A stretch of 64,000 nt of DNA from Candidatus Peribacteria bacterium (lineage in GTDB: Bacteria > Patescibacteriota > Gracilibacteria > Peribacterales > Peribacteraceae). A program made the position numbers and the translations under genes. Positions 19,216-29,678 of this stretch are shown here, piece by piece (positions within the stretch are counted from its first letter, which is position 1; every line of letters begins with the position of its first letter). Under the pieces are notes generated by a model, which had not been told where the DNA came from, searched no databases, and saw only the letters and a list, made by a program, of their open reading frames with translations. The stretch is from positions 32,001 to 96,000 of the forward strand of contig JBEPVF010000003.1 in NCBI GenBank assembly GCA_041691135.1, written 5' to 3'.

Positions 19216-19839
19216 TTAGCGTCGGCTCTTCTTCTTACCCTTGCCGCCCTTCTTCGCTGCCGCTTCCTTAGCCGGCTTGCTGCGCTTCGCTGCTTTCTTG
19301 AGTGGCTTCTTCGTTTTCTTGGCCGCTTTCTTCATGGTCTTCGTTACTTTCTTGGCGGCTTTCTTTACGGGCTTCTTCGCTTTGGTCGGTCGCTTCACTG
19401 TCTTTTTGATAGCCTTTTTCTTGGCGACTGGCTTCGTTGCCTTCTTTGCTTTGGCAGCAGCTTTCTTGACCGGAGCTTTCGTGGGCTTCTTGGCCGGGGT
19501 CATTTTCGGGACCGGTACTTTGATCGTCTTCGGTGCGGCGATGCCGGACTTGGCTGTGTCGTCGAACATGGTGCCACCGGCATTGTTTGCCTGCTTGTCA
19601 CCTTTTTCTCCGTCATCAGGCGACGATGTGCCGACACGCGGCTTCACACTGCCTGCCTGCTTCGGTTGTTTGTCGGTGAAGGGCGACAGATCATTTTTGG
19701 AGGTGGCATTGTCGGAGTCGCTGCGTCCCGTGTCTTTGTAGTCGAAGCTCTGGCCCGGTCCATCCGTAGGCGGGTTGGCATTGGGCGTATTCTTGAAAAT
19801 AGACTGGAAAGGCCGTTGCTGTGGTTGATCGGAGAACAT
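19216..19839 (-). CDS. histone H1-like Lys/Ala-rich protein
   Basis: C-terminal half made of PAKK/KKAA/KKTK repeats; start at MFSDQP. Confidence 0.75.
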   Translation of the reverse strand: MFSDQPQQRPFQSIFKNTPNANPPTDGPGQSFDYKDTGRSDSDNATSKNDLSPFTDKQPKQAGSVKPRVGTSSPDDGEKGDKQANNAGGTMFDDTAKSGIAAPKTIKVPVPKMTPAKKPTKAPVKKAAAKAKKATKPVAKKKAIKKTVKRPTKAKKPVKKAAKKVTKTMKKAAKKTKKPLKKAAKRSKPAKEAAAKKGGKGKKKSRR

Positions 19840-19935
19840 GGGTGTTGAGAGTAAAAGTAGGTAAAGAACTCTATGCCTCGCGATGAACTGAAACAAGCCT
19901 TTGAGTGAATATGTTCAAAAAAAGAGCACAAGGCT

Positions 19936-21462
19936 CTATGTGTTGGCAGACAAATCGGCACTGGACGGGCCATTGATCACAGTCCCATCCGTTTCGTACC
20001 GCGAGCCGTGACACGGGCAGTCCCATGTTTTTTCGGTGGGATTCCAGGCAACAATGCAGCCTTTATGCCGACAGACTGCCGACAACTCGTGCTTTGCACC
20101 TTTGGTATCGCAGTAGATGGCGATGCGCTTGAGGCCGCGGCGGACGACCCGGCCGCTGTCCGGCTGCATCTGATCCTCTGATTCTCCCGGTTTCACCCAT
20201 TCGAGCAATTCGGTTGCCACATTTGCGCTCTCTTTCAGGAATTCCTTGGCACTGCGTACATTTACCCGGCTGGGATCGTACAGATCCTGCCAGGGGTTTT
20301 TGCGATCCAGGATCAGATCGCGGAGCAACATGCCGGCGATCGTGCCGTGTGTGATGCCGTTGCCCGAATCGCCGGTCGCAATGAAGATATTCTCGGCATC
20401 CAGCGGATTGCGGCCGATGAAGGCTAATCCATCAATCGGTTCCATTACCTGTCCCGACCAGCTGTAGAGCAACTCCTGTGCCTGTGGAACACGCGTGCGT
20501 GCCCACGTTTCGAGACGCGAGAAGCGCAAGCCGCCATCCGTTGCTTGACCGGTCTTGTGATCTTCGCCCCCTACAATAAGCACGTCATGATCTTCCTCAT
20601 GAGCGATGCGCATGTAGTGGTATGGATCAGCAGTATCCCAGTAGAGCGCTTTGCGTACCGCCCCTTTGGGAATTTTCAGTCCTACAACGTATGTACGGTA
20701 GGGTGCCTGACGCGTGTATATGGCAAAATTATCGTTGATCGGTGCATTGGTGGCGATCACCACGCTGTCGGCGCGCACCGTGTGCCCATCCTTGGTAGTG
20801 ACAGTTGCCTGTTTGTCGCCTTCCACCGACGACACATGCGTGCCCTGATACACACGCCCGCCTTGTTTCTCGATGCTCTTGGCGACGGCGAACAGATAGT
20901 GGAGTGGATTGAACTGCGCCTGATGCGGGAAGTGGAGCGTGACACCCAGATCGTACGTATTGAGGGCCGCAGTCGTTTGTAGTTTGATGTCCTTCAGGCC
21001 GGCTCGGTGTGCCGCAGCCAGTTCTTTTTCCAGTACGTCTGTCGATTGGTCCGGCGGTACGAACAAATAACCGTCGACCCGCTCGAAATCGCACGCGATT
21101 TTTTCCTGCTTTACGATCCGTTCGATCTCATTGATGGCTGCCGTATGGCTGCTTGCGGCCAGCTTGCTCCCGAATTCACCGTGCAGTCGTTCCAGTTCAT
21201 AATATCTATCATCCAACGCATTGGTGATGTGTGCCGTGGTGCGCTGCGTTTCGCCACTGACAATTTTTCCATCCTCCAACACAGTGACCTTTTTGCCTTC
21301 GACTGCCAGCAGGTAGGCCGTCGTGAGCCCGGCAATACCGGCGCCGACCACGCAGACGTCCGTCTCGGTATTTTCTTTGAGACTCGGGAAGGTCGGTGTC
21401 GCTGCCGTCTGGCTCCAGTAGGGAGTCGTGGCGCCTGCCGAAGAATTCAGAGACAGGTTCAT
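19936..21462 (-). CDS. FAD-dependent oxidoreductase with C-terminal Rieske [2Fe-2S] domain (YhfW-like)
   Basis: VVGAGIAG; CRHKGC and WDCPCHGSRY Rieske motifs. Confidence 0.92.
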   Translation of the reverse strand: MNLSLNSSAGATTPYWSQTAATPTFPSLKENTETDVCVVGAGIAGLTTAYLLAVEGKKVTVLEDGKIVSGETQRTTAHITNALDDRYYELERLHGEFGSKLAASSHTAAINEIERIVKQEKIACDFERVDGYLFVPPDQSTDVLEKELAAAHRAGLKDIKLQTTAALNTYDLGVTLHFPHQAQFNPLHYLFAVAKSIEKQGGRVYQGTHVSSVEGDKQATVTTKDGHTVRADSVVIATNAPINDNFAIYTRQAPYRTYVVGLKIPKGAVRKALYWDTADPYHYMRIAHEEDHDVLIVGGEDHKTGQATDGGLRFSRLETWARTRVPQAQELLYSWSGQVMEPIDGLAFIGRNPLDAENIFIATGDSGNGITHGTIAGMLLRDLILDRKNPWQDLYDPSRVNVRSAKEFLKESANVATELLEWVKPGESEDQMQPDSGRVVRRGLKRIAIYCDTKGAKHELSAVCRHKGCIVAWNPTEKTWDCPCHGSRYETDGTVINGPSSADLSANT

Positions 21463-21571
21463 TGGGTGCTCTGACGTGGGGTTGAGCGCGTACTTACAGC
21501 CATACTCAAAAATAAAAAACGGCTGTTGCTCCCAATTTCTTTGTAAGAATTTGATAGTTGGTCGGCAAGCG

Positions 21572-22372
21572 TCAGTATTTCTTTTTCAAGGCCAAACTGC
21601 CTAAAAATAACGCCAGTGCCACCAGTACGATGGTGCCGCCGCTGGGCAGGTTCCATTGATACGAAAGGACAAGTCCGGTGAGGACCGAGAAGAGAGACAG
21701 AAGAACAGCCAGAATCGTCGTGCGCCGAAAACTGCCCGACAACTGCATGGCGGTGAGAACAGGGATCACCATCAGTGCGCCGATCAACAGAATGCCGACG
21801 ATGCGCATCGACAGCGATACGGTGATGGCGGCGAGTGCCACCAGCAAAATATTGAAAACACTGGAACGAATGCCGCCCGATGTGGCCAATTCCTCGTCGA
21901 GTGACAGAAGGAAGAGGGGACGGCGGGCAATGATCACGACGAGCAACACGATCAACCCAAGGCTGCCGATGAGCCAGAGGTCCGATGCTGAGACGGTTGT
22001 GATGCTGCCGAACAGATAGCTGAGCACGCTGGTATTCAGATTGTGTGCCAGACTCATCAGTACGACGGCGAGGGCCAGGCTGCCGGATAGGAAGAGCGCG
22101 AGCAGTGATTCACTCTGCGCGGCGCGGCGCATGCGCAGGTACTCGATGCCGACTGCGCCCAGCACCGAGACGATGATGGCGGTGACGAGCGGCTGGAGCC
22201 CTGCAAGAAAGCCGATGGCCACACCGGCCAACGCGATATGCGACAGCGTATCGGCCATCAGTGAGTAACGGCGAGTCACAAGATACGTGCCGATAATGGG
22301 CGCAATGATGCCGATGAAGATGCCGGCGGCGAACGCCCGTTGCATAAAGCCGTACTGGAGGATGGCAAACAT
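21572..22372 (-). CDS. znuB: Zn/Mn ABC transporter permease (ZnuB-like)
   Basis: ADTLSHIALAG, YLFGSI, IVGILLIGALMVIP; TGATG overlap with the ATPase gene. Confidence 0.9.
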   Translation of the reverse strand: MFAILQYGFMQRAFAAGIFIGIIAPIIGTYLVTRRYSLMADTLSHIALAGVAIGFLAGLQPLVTAIIVSVLGAVGIEYLRMRRAAQSESLLALFLSGSLALAVVLMSLAHNLNTSVLSYLFGSITTVSASDLWLIGSLGLIVLLVVIIARRPLFLLSLDEELATSGGIRSSVFNILLVALAAITVSLSMRIVGILLIGALMVIPVLTAMQLSGSFRRTTILAVLLSLFSVLTGLVLSYQWNLPSGGTIVLVALALFLGSLALKKKY

Positions 22373-23118
22373 CAATGAACGTGTGGAAGGGCGCCGGTCA
22401 CATGACGCGTGACATGATCGTGGCGGTGCAGTTCTTCGGTGGAACACTGACACAGAGATCCTTCCTGCAGGCACAGCATGCAGGTCACTTCTTTCATGAG
22501 GGCGTGCGTATCGTGCGAGACGAAGAGAATGGTCATGTTGCGTTCATCATTCAGCTTCTGCAGAAAGCCGTAGAAGATTTCCTGCGATTCGGTGTCGATG
22601 CCGACCGTGGGTTCATCCAGAACCAGGATTGCCGGTTCGCCGGCCAATGCGCGCGCCAAAAAAGCGCGTTGGCGCTGTCCGCCCGACAGCTGATCGATGC
22701 GCCGTTGCCGTAAGTCGCCCAGATTGGTGGCGGTGAGCGCGTTCTCCACTGCTATTCGATCCACATCCGTCGCGCGCTTCAGCATGCCCAGATGTGGCGT
22801 CCGGCCGCTCCACACGATTTCTTCGACCGTGGCTGGAAAAAAGAAATCCGATTGTGCGATGCGCTGCGGAACGTAGCCGATGATGCGCCGTGCGGTCGGG
22901 TCTTTCGTATTTTTGCCGAACAGCAGTATCTCGCCGCTGGTCGGTTGCAGAATGCCCAAAATCAGCTTGAGGAGGGTGGTTTTACCACTGCCGTTCGGTC
23001 CGATGATGCCGGCATACTCACCGGCGGGGACCGACAAGTTCAGTGACTGAAAAATAGTCTGTGATCCGTAGCGGAATTCCAGATGACGAACCTCAATAGC
23101 GGGAACGGATGAAGACAT
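22372..23118 (-). CDS. znuC: Zn/Mn ABC transporter ATPase (ZnuC-like)
   Basis: GPNGSGKT, LSGGQRQR, LDEPT, His/Cys-rich tail. Confidence 0.9.
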   Translation of the reverse strand: MSSSVPAIEVRHLEFRYGSQTIFQSLNLSVPAGEYAGIIGPNGSGKTTLLKLILGILQPTSGEILLFGKNTKDPTARRIIGYVPQRIAQSDFFFPATVEEIVWSGRTPHLGMLKRATDVDRIAVENALTATNLGDLRQRRIDQLSGGQRQRAFLARALAGEPAILVLDEPTVGIDTESQEIFYGFLQKLNDERNMTILFVSHDTHALMKEVTCMLCLQEGSLCQCSTEELHRHDHVTRHVTGALPHVH

Positions 23119-23147
23119 TGCAGTTTGATGATAACAAGGTCCTGATC

Positions 23148-23222
23148 GAAAAGCACGAAGCACGAAATCCGAGTTTCGAAAATCGTCATCATTTTCGTAT
23201 TTCGTACTTTGAATTTAGAATT
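23148..23222. repeat. heptamer tandem repeat with inverted arms
   Basis: aagcacgaagcacgaaatcc...ttcgtatttcgtactttgaatttagaattt; same family as 12205-12273. Confidence 0.75.
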
Positions 23223-23266
23223 TACCCGGTCTGTTCTTCTCTTCTGTCTCATTCTATAGTGCCTCC

Positions 23267-23794
23267 ATGAACATCCACCCGCTCCTCGTTCACTTTCCCA
23301 TCGCTCTCCTTACCCTCTATTCCATGATGGAAATTGGGCGATTCCCGGCATTCACGCGTCAACCGTACTGGTTCTTCACCAAAGCCATTCTGTGCATTGT
23401 GGGGTCGTTCAGCGGGATACTGACGATTATCAGTGGGAAGATGATTGTCGATCAGTTTCTGGGCGGCAGCCGCGACAAGCTCATCAATGCCCATGAGAAT
23501 TTTGCCATACTCTCGATCTGTGTATTCCTGATTCTTGCCATTTCGTATCTTATTCTGTGGTGGAATCGTTCGAGGGAGGCCCGTCTGACAGGCCAACAGC
23601 AGCCGAGGAACGGCCTCTGGAACGTACTTCTTCGTGTTGCGCGATTCGTCGTCGAAACGCCGTTGTCGATTCTTTTAGCGATCATTGGTTTTATTGCCCT
23701 GACAATTACCGGCGCCTTGGGTGGTGCCACTGTCTACGGTCCTGATATCGATCCGGTGGTGCGGTTGGTCTATGGGATCGTGATAGGACAATAA
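23267..23794 (+). CDS. DUF2231-like membrane protein
   Basis: N-terminal HPLLVHFPIAL, internal HE, TG.LGG..VYG. Confidence 0.8.
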   Translation: MNIHPLLVHFPIALLTLYSMMEIGRFPAFTRQPYWFFTKAILCIVGSFSGILTIISGKMIVDQFLGGSRDKLINAHENFAILSICVFLILAISYLILWWNRSREARLTGQQQPRNGLWNVLLRVARFVVETPLSILLAIIGFIALTITGALGGATVYGPDIDPVVRLVYGIVIGQ

Positions 23795-23862
23795 CAAGTG
23801 GCCAGAAGACTAGTCAGATTTTACTAAAAAATTCCTTCTTTGCTGACCACTGACCGCTCATT

Positions 23863-25068
23863 TTATTTCACGAACGTTTCCAGTGCGGGCGTCGTTTCTT
23901 TGGTGATCTGAAATGGGAGGGTGATGATGAAGGTCGTCCCTTTGTTCTCTTCGGATCGGAAGGTGATGGTGCCGCGCAGCAGCTCGATCAGATTTTTGAC
24001 CAGGTATAATCCCAAGCCGTTGCCCGTGTTTTCGATGTAGCGGACATTGTCGCCGCGGAAGAATTTACTGAACACTTTGTCCTGTTGGCGCGCGAGAATT
24101 CCGTAGCCGGTGTCCTGCACTTCGATCAACACCTGATCATCTTTGCGTGTTGCCCGTAACGTCATCGTGCCTTTGGCGGGCGTGTACTTCACCGAGTTGT
24201 TGAGCAGGTTGGAAAGGACTTCCTTCAGCAGGGCCGGATCGGTGGAAAGGGTCATAGTAGCCGGACAGTCGATGGTGATCTGCTGCTCTTTCTTCAGATA
24301 CTCCGGCAGCTGTTCGCTGCGCACTGTTTCGAACAGCGTCACTAGCTCCACTTGGGTGAAATTCGGCTGCGTCTTGCCCACTTCCAAGTTCGACAGTTGC
24401 ATCAGTGTATCGATCGTTTCGGCCATCCGTTTGCTGCTGCGATGCGTGCTGCCGATGAGCGTACTGATCTGGTCCGGAGGCAATTTGCGCAGGTCGATGT
24501 CCTGCAGGATTTCCAGATTCCAGATGATGGACGTGAGCGGCGTACGCAGCTGGTGCGAAACCAGTGACACGAATTCCGATTTGGACGTGTCGGAGATCTT
24601 GCGGGCGGTGATGTCCTGCTGCAGAGCGACGAAATGCCGTGCCGTGCCGTTCTCATTAGCCGGGTAAAGATGCAGCGACACGTAATATTCTGTTCCGTCT
24701 TTGCGGTGATGGACCAAATCGTCCGATCCAAACTGCGTGTGATTGCGCAGCGCCTCGTCCAGCGCTTGTGATGTGCCGATACTGGTCTTGTTGCTGCGGA
24801 GCATCGACAAATCCTTTCCGATCGACTCCTGAGAAGTATAACCGGTGAGGGTTTGCCATGAAGGGTTCGTGTAAGTGATCATTCCTTTGTCGTCCAGGAT
24901 GGCGACGGCATCGGCAGATGATTCAGCAGCCTTCTGAAAAATGAGCGAATCGGCGATTTGGCGTTCGTAAGCGGCATCGATTTTTGCCAGCAAATCCTGC
25001 ACATCTTTGGGAAGTGATTCGAGTGTAATTCCTGCCAGCTTCAGTTGTTCGAGCAGCAGAGCGTGCAT
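23863..25068 (-). CDS. PAS-domain sensor histidine kinase
   Basis: PAS/PAC domain, SHQLRTPL, NLLNNSVKY, DTGYG, GNGLGL. Confidence 0.93.
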   Translation of the reverse strand: MHALLLEQLKLAGITLESLPKDVQDLLAKIDAAYERQIADSLIFQKAAESSADAVAILDDKGMITYTNPSWQTLTGYTSQESIGKDLSMLRSNKTSIGTSQALDEALRNHTQFGSDDLVHHRKDGTEYYVSLHLYPANENGTARHFVALQQDITARKISDTSKSEFVSLVSHQLRTPLTSIIWNLEILQDIDLRKLPPDQISTLIGSTHRSSKRMAETIDTLMQLSNLEVGKTQPNFTQVELVTLFETVRSEQLPEYLKKEQQITIDCPATMTLSTDPALLKEVLSNLLNNSVKYTPAKGTMTLRATRKDDQVLIEVQDTGYGILARQQDKVFSKFFRGDNVRYIENTGNGLGLYLVKNLIELLRGTITFRSEENKGTTFIITLPFQITKETTPALETFVK

Positions 25069-25256
25069 GGGTGTTGGTATTACCTTATATTATAGCATAT
25101 TGGCGGATAAATGGCTATATGACGAGATGACCGGATTGAACAAGGTGACAGGCGTGACCGACGAGAAGGATTTGAGGGCTTGTTCAGTCTTCTGACTTCT
25201 GCGGTCGGCCTAAATTCAGCTGTGACCCGCACTGATTTTTTTGCTATACTATCTGC

Positions 25257-25649
25257 ATGTCACAACCCGCACCGTTACGGAAAATGTTGATCGTGGAGGA
25301 TGAAAAGATGCTGGCCAAAGCTATGGATTTGCATTTTCAGAAACATGGATTTCAGACCACCGTCTGTTACGACGGACAGTGCGGCATTGATGCGCTCCAG
25401 CAACAGAAATTCGATTCCGTTCTGCTGGATCTGATTCTGCCCATCCGCGATGGGTACGCGGTGCTGGAAGAGCGCAAGAAAACGATCAACAAAGACGTGC
25501 CGGTCTTCGTGCTCACCAATCTGAGCCAGGAAGAAAGTTTGACCCGCGCCGAAGCGATGGGTGCCACCAAGTGCTTCATCAAGGCGAAGGTGTCGCTCAA
25601 CGAAGTGATCGACGAAATCGAAGCCATCACGAAAGAGATGAACAAGTAG
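25257..25649 (+). CDS. single-domain response regulator
   Basis: IVEDE, LLDLILP..DG, LTN, FIK. Confidence 0.92.
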   Translation: MSQPAPLRKMLIVEDEKMLAKAMDLHFQKHGFQTTVCYDGQCGIDALQQQKFDSVLLDLILPIRDGYAVLEERKKTINKDVPVFVLTNLSQEESLTRAEAMGATKCFIKAKVSLNEVIDEIEAITKEMNK

Positions 25650-25715
25650 ACTGATCGGTGAGTCCTTAGTGTCTTAGTCTGCGGTTCCGTCGGATTCATC
25701 GGAAACCTCATGGAA

Positions 25716-28058
25716 TTAAGCGCTCATTTTCGCGAAGGCGAAGAATGCTGCAGCGAACAGAAGTCCCATAAAGACCGGTGCCAGCTCGGAGACGATGTCG
25801 TTTCGGTGCGGTGTGAAACGGCGCAGCAACAGGGAGTTGGTGACGACCGAGACGGAACTCATGGCCATGGCCAGGCCGGCGAGCTCGGGGCGCAGAAGAA
25901 TGTCCCAGTGTACGAAGGCGCGGGCGGCGATGGGAATGCCGATGATGTTGTAGGCCAGAGCGAAGAACAGATTTTGACGGATCTTCGTCATCGCTGCACG
26001 GCTGAGTGCGAGCGCGGTTGCCACATCCCGCAGGTCGCTGCGGACAAGCACGATGTCGCCGGTATCCATAGCGATATCGGTGCCACTGCCCATGGCGATA
26101 CCCAGGTTTGCTTTGGCCAGAGCAGGACTGTCGTTGATGCCGTCACCCACCATCGCCACGATGCGTCCGTTCTTTTGCAATTCTCGTATTTTTGCCGCCT
26201 TCTGTTCGGGTAACACGTCCGCCAATACGGTGACAATGCCCACTTGTTTGGCGATTGCCTGTGCCGTGCGAAAGTTATCGCCGGTGATCATGTACGGTGT
26301 CAGACCCATGCGCTTCAGTTCGGTCACCGCTTCTTTCGATGTCTCTTTAAGAGTGTCCATGGCAGCGACGATTCCGATCACATGCGTTTCGTCGGCGACG
26401 ATCATCGCGGTCTTCCCCGTGTCCTCCAGAAAAAAGAGTTTCTGTTCGACACTTGCATCTACAGAGATGTTACGATGTGCCATCATCGTGCGATTCCCAA
26501 GCAGATATTGTTTGCCATTGATTGTCCCTTCAATCCCTTGGCCGGCTACGGCAAGGAAGTCCTCCACTGGCGCAAGTTCCAGATTGGTCGCGGCAGCGTG
26601 GCGCACGATACTGGCAGCGAGCGGGTGTTCCGATGGCCGTTCCAGACTCGCCGCGATATGCATGATGGCCAATGGATTCATCATCGGATCAAGGACGACT
26701 ACATCCGTCACCTCCGGTTTGCCATGGGTGAGGGTGCCTGTCTTATCGAACACGATGGTGTCGACGTTCTCGGCTGCCTGTAGGGGCTGTCCGCCGCGAA
26801 TCAGGATGCCAAGTTCCGCACCGCGTCCGGTCGCAACCATGATGGCGGTGGGGGTGGCCAAGCCCAGTGCACAGGGGCAGGCGATCACGATTACCGAGAC
26901 GAATGCGAGCAGCGAAAAAGTAAGATCTGCGCCCAGCAGCAGCCATATAACCAAAGTGAGCACTGCGCTTCCGATCACCAGTGGAACGAACCAGCTGGCC
27001 ACCCGGTCGGCGAAGTCCTGCAGCGGCGCCCGCGAACTCTGGGCTTCCTCCACGAATCGCACAATGCGTGCCAGCGCGGATTCACTTCCCAGTCGTTCGG
27101 CTCGCAATTCGAGCGCGCCATTGCCATTCATGGTGGCGCCGTACACGCGGTCGCCATTCTTTTTTTCCACCGGCATGCTCTCGCCGGTCAGCATCGATTC
27201 ATCCACCGACGAAGAGCCGCCTATCACGATGCCGTCGACCGCAATCTTTTCGCCGGGTCGTACGTGCACGGTGTCACCGACCATAACCTCTTCCATCGGA
27301 ATATCGATTGTCTGGCCGTTGCGGACCACCCGCGCCGTTTTGGGCTGCAGGGCAACGAGGCTCTGGATGGCCATGCTGGTGTGGCCTTTGGCACGCGCTT
27401 CCAGCCACTTGCCCAGCAAAACGAACGTAATCAGAAGCGCCGATACTTCGAAGTACAGATCATGCATGGGCACCAGGATTGTCCGTTCCATAAGGGCATG
27501 TCGCAGCAGGTTGATCACGCTGAACACGTACGCTGTAGTGGTGCCGATAGCGACGAGGCTGTCCATGGTGAAGGTTCGCATCCGCAGTGCCGACCAGGCA
27601 CCGCGATAGAATCCGCGTGCCAGATAAAATTGCACCGGCGTCGCCAGCAGGAACGACACAATGCCCATCCAATTTTCCACGGCACTCAGCAGAGGAGAAG
27701 GCAGAGCTGAAACCGGCAGGAGCGAGAGCACCATAAAGAACACCAGCGGCGTACTCATCACGGCGCTGAGCGTAAAAGTGTTGCGATAGGCGCGTACTTC
27801 CGCCTGTCGCCGCTTCTGTTCGCCGTCACGGTCTGTATCGTCGGCAATAATTCCGTCGTAGCCAGCTTTGCGGATGGCCGCGATCAGATCCGGTGGCGTT
27901 GCTTGCCGATCGTCAAAACGAATGTGAGCCCGGCTGGTCGCATAATTTACCGTCGCTTCCTGCACGCCCGGTGTTTCGTTTAATTTGCGCGTAATGAGGG
28001 CCGCACAGTTGGCGCAGTGCATGCCGGTAATGGATACGATAGTGCGTACGGGAGGCAT
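25716..28058 (-). CDS. copA: Cu(+)-type heavy-metal P1B ATPase
   Basis: GMHCANC, TGES, CPC, DKTGT, SEHP, GDGIND, YN...P, MAMSS. Confidence 0.93.
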   Translation of the reverse strand: MPPVRTIVSITGMHCANCAALITRKLNETPGVQEATVNYATSRAHIRFDDRQATPPDLIAAIRKAGYDGIIADDTDRDGEQKRRQAEVRAYRNTFTLSAVMSTPLVFFMVLSLLPVSALPSPLLSAVENWMGIVSFLLATPVQFYLARGFYRGAWSALRMRTFTMDSLVAIGTTTAYVFSVINLLRHALMERTILVPMHDLYFEVSALLITFVLLGKWLEARAKGHTSMAIQSLVALQPKTARVVRNGQTIDIPMEEVMVGDTVHVRPGEKIAVDGIVIGGSSSVDESMLTGESMPVEKKNGDRVYGATMNGNGALELRAERLGSESALARIVRFVEEAQSSRAPLQDFADRVASWFVPLVIGSAVLTLVIWLLLGADLTFSLLAFVSVIVIACPCALGLATPTAIMVATGRGAELGILIRGGQPLQAAENVDTIVFDKTGTLTHGKPEVTDVVVLDPMMNPLAIMHIAASLERPSEHPLAASIVRHAAATNLELAPVEDFLAVAGQGIEGTINGKQYLLGNRTMMAHRNISVDASVEQKLFFLEDTGKTAMIVADETHVIGIVAAMDTLKETSKEAVTELKRMGLTPYMITGDNFRTAQAIAKQVGIVTVLADVLPEQKAAKIRELQKNGRIVAMVGDGINDSPALAKANLGIAMGSGTDIAMDTGDIVLVRSDLRDVATALALSRAAMTKIRQNLFFALAYNIIGIPIAARAFVHWDILLRPELAGLAMAMSSVSVVTNSLLLRRFTPHRNDIVSELAPVFMGLLFAAAFFAFAKMSA

Positions 28059-28155
28059 CAGAGTTGCATCATAGGATACTCATCTCGGAATCGCGATGGT
28101 TCGTTTGATCGGTGAAAAAACGGTCAATAATTCATGCGAAGCCAATGACTACGAC

Positions 28156-28620
28156 TTACTCTTGGCCGGTGTACTTCAAGGCAGGCAGACCCTGATACGT
28201 CGTGGGCACCGCATTCAGCGTTACAGATTGTCCGGACGTCAGTGTCTGTATCACTGTATCCGGCACATCGACCACCAGCGATTCATCGGCATGCAATGTA
28301 GCTGCTCGATGGACCGGATCGAGCGCACGGTTTGTTTCTACCGTGGCCGACAGCACCACGTAGCCGGAATCGGCGGGACAAGGTGCAGGGGCGGGAGTCG
28401 GTTTTGAGGTATGGAACATGCAGGATGTTGTTTTGAAAATCACGTACCCGGAAACGGGCCACGAGATGGCGCTCAACGTATTGCCCGCCGATGACGGAGA
28501 TACTGCCGAGTTATCCGAAGAAGAATCGGCTTTCGTCGAATCAGACGACATGGCGGGGGATTGGCATGCCGCAAGGACGAGACAGGCAATCATCGCCAGC
28601 GTTGCGTGTATTGGTTTCAT
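28156..28620 (-). CDS. putative lipoprotein
   Basis: Lipobox LAAC and Ser-rich linker. Confidence 0.7.
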   Translation of the reverse strand: MKPIHATLAMIACLVLAACQSPAMSSDSTKADSSSDNSAVSPSSAGNTLSAISWPVSGYVIFKTTSCMFHTSKPTPAPAPCPADSGYVVLSATVETNRALDPVHRAATLHADESLVVDVPDTVIQTLTSGQSVTLNAVPTTYQGLPALKYTGQE

Positions 28621-28886
28621 CCTTCTGATTGTACGTGACACTGAAAGAAAAGATCAATTTCGCGATCAAGTTCCGCTTGCCACAGTCGTCTTGTTTCTTC
28701 CTCCACGTGGATCGAATACTCATCATCTTTTTCAGACCAGCCGCGATCTTTAATTATTTCTGCTGCTTGTTCTCGAGCAGTTTGCCATCGTACGAGATCT
28801 GTTTCTATCGCGTGCTCGATCTGTTCGTCGGAGATGTCGGGGTACATCGGAAGTGGGGAAAGAATATCCACAGTATCGTTGTGCAT
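28617..28886 (-). CDS. small acidic hypothetical protein
   Basis: 89-aa ORF with ATGA overlap to the next gene. Confidence 0.55.
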   Translation of the reverse strand: MHNDTVDILSPLPMYPDISDEQIEHAIETDLVRWQTAREQAAEIIKDRGWSEKDDEYSIHVEEETRRLWQAELDREIDLFFQCHVQSEG

Positions 28887-29047
28887 TCGAAGATAAATCT
28901 ACGGATCCGCACCAGGATAAAATTGCGGCTAGACTTTTTTGTCTCAAAGCAGAGATAAAAAGCGTTCCATGGATACATAGAACAGCCGAAGAGTTTGTGT
29001 CGCTGTGAATGTTTACCAAAAGGCAAATCGGCACTATGATGCATTCT

Positions 29048-29644
29048 ATGAGAAAAGTTATCGTCCTATCGTTCATCACGCTCGACGGCGTCATGCAGGC
29101 ACCCGGCGGTCCAGAAGAGGATACCTCCGGCGGCTTTGCGTACGGTGGATGGACGGTGCCCTACATGGACGAAGCTTCCGGCGACATCATGCAAGAGCAG
29201 ATGAAGCTTCCTTTTGCCTTGCTGCTTGGCAGAAAGACCTATGACATCTGGGCGGCGTACTGGCCGCAACATGCAGAGTTCTGGCCCGGCATCAATGACG
29301 TCAAAAAGTACGTCGCATCACATACCCCCAAGGTATTGGAGTGGAGTCATTCGATTCTTTTGAAAGACGATGTTGTGGAAGAAGTACGAAAACTTAAAGC
29401 TGAGGATGGTCCTAACCTTCATGTGTACGGCAGCGGCAACTTCTTGCAAACACTTTTCAAGCATGATCTCGTGGATGAGCTCTGGCTCAAGATATTCCCC
29501 ATTACGCTCGGTAGGGGAAAGCGCCTCTTCGCCGAAGGGACGATTCCGGCTGCTTTCAAAATGTCCACTAGCAACGTATTAAAGACGGGTGTCATTTTCG
29601 CCAATTACGAGCGTGCAGGCGACGTGAAGACGGGATCGTTTTGA
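29048..29644 (+). CDS. dihydrofolate reductase family / RibD C-terminal domain protein
   Basis: TLDGVMQAPGG, LLLGRKTY, GSGN, LVDE, LGRGKRLF. Confidence 0.9.
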   Translation: MRKVIVLSFITLDGVMQAPGGPEEDTSGGFAYGGWTVPYMDEASGDIMQEQMKLPFALLLGRKTYDIWAAYWPQHAEFWPGINDVKKYVASHTPKVLEWSHSILLKDDVVEEVRKLKAEDGPNLHVYGSGNFLQTLFKHDLVDELWLKIFPITLGRGKRLFAEGTIPAAFKMSTSNVLKTGVIFANYERAGDVKTGSF

Positions 29645-29678
29645 AGTAAGATTAGTGGATAGTTGTCATTCCAATCCT

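Noticed and set aside
26053-27609. 518-aa plus-strand ORF
   Set aside because: Antisense shadow of the P-type ATPase
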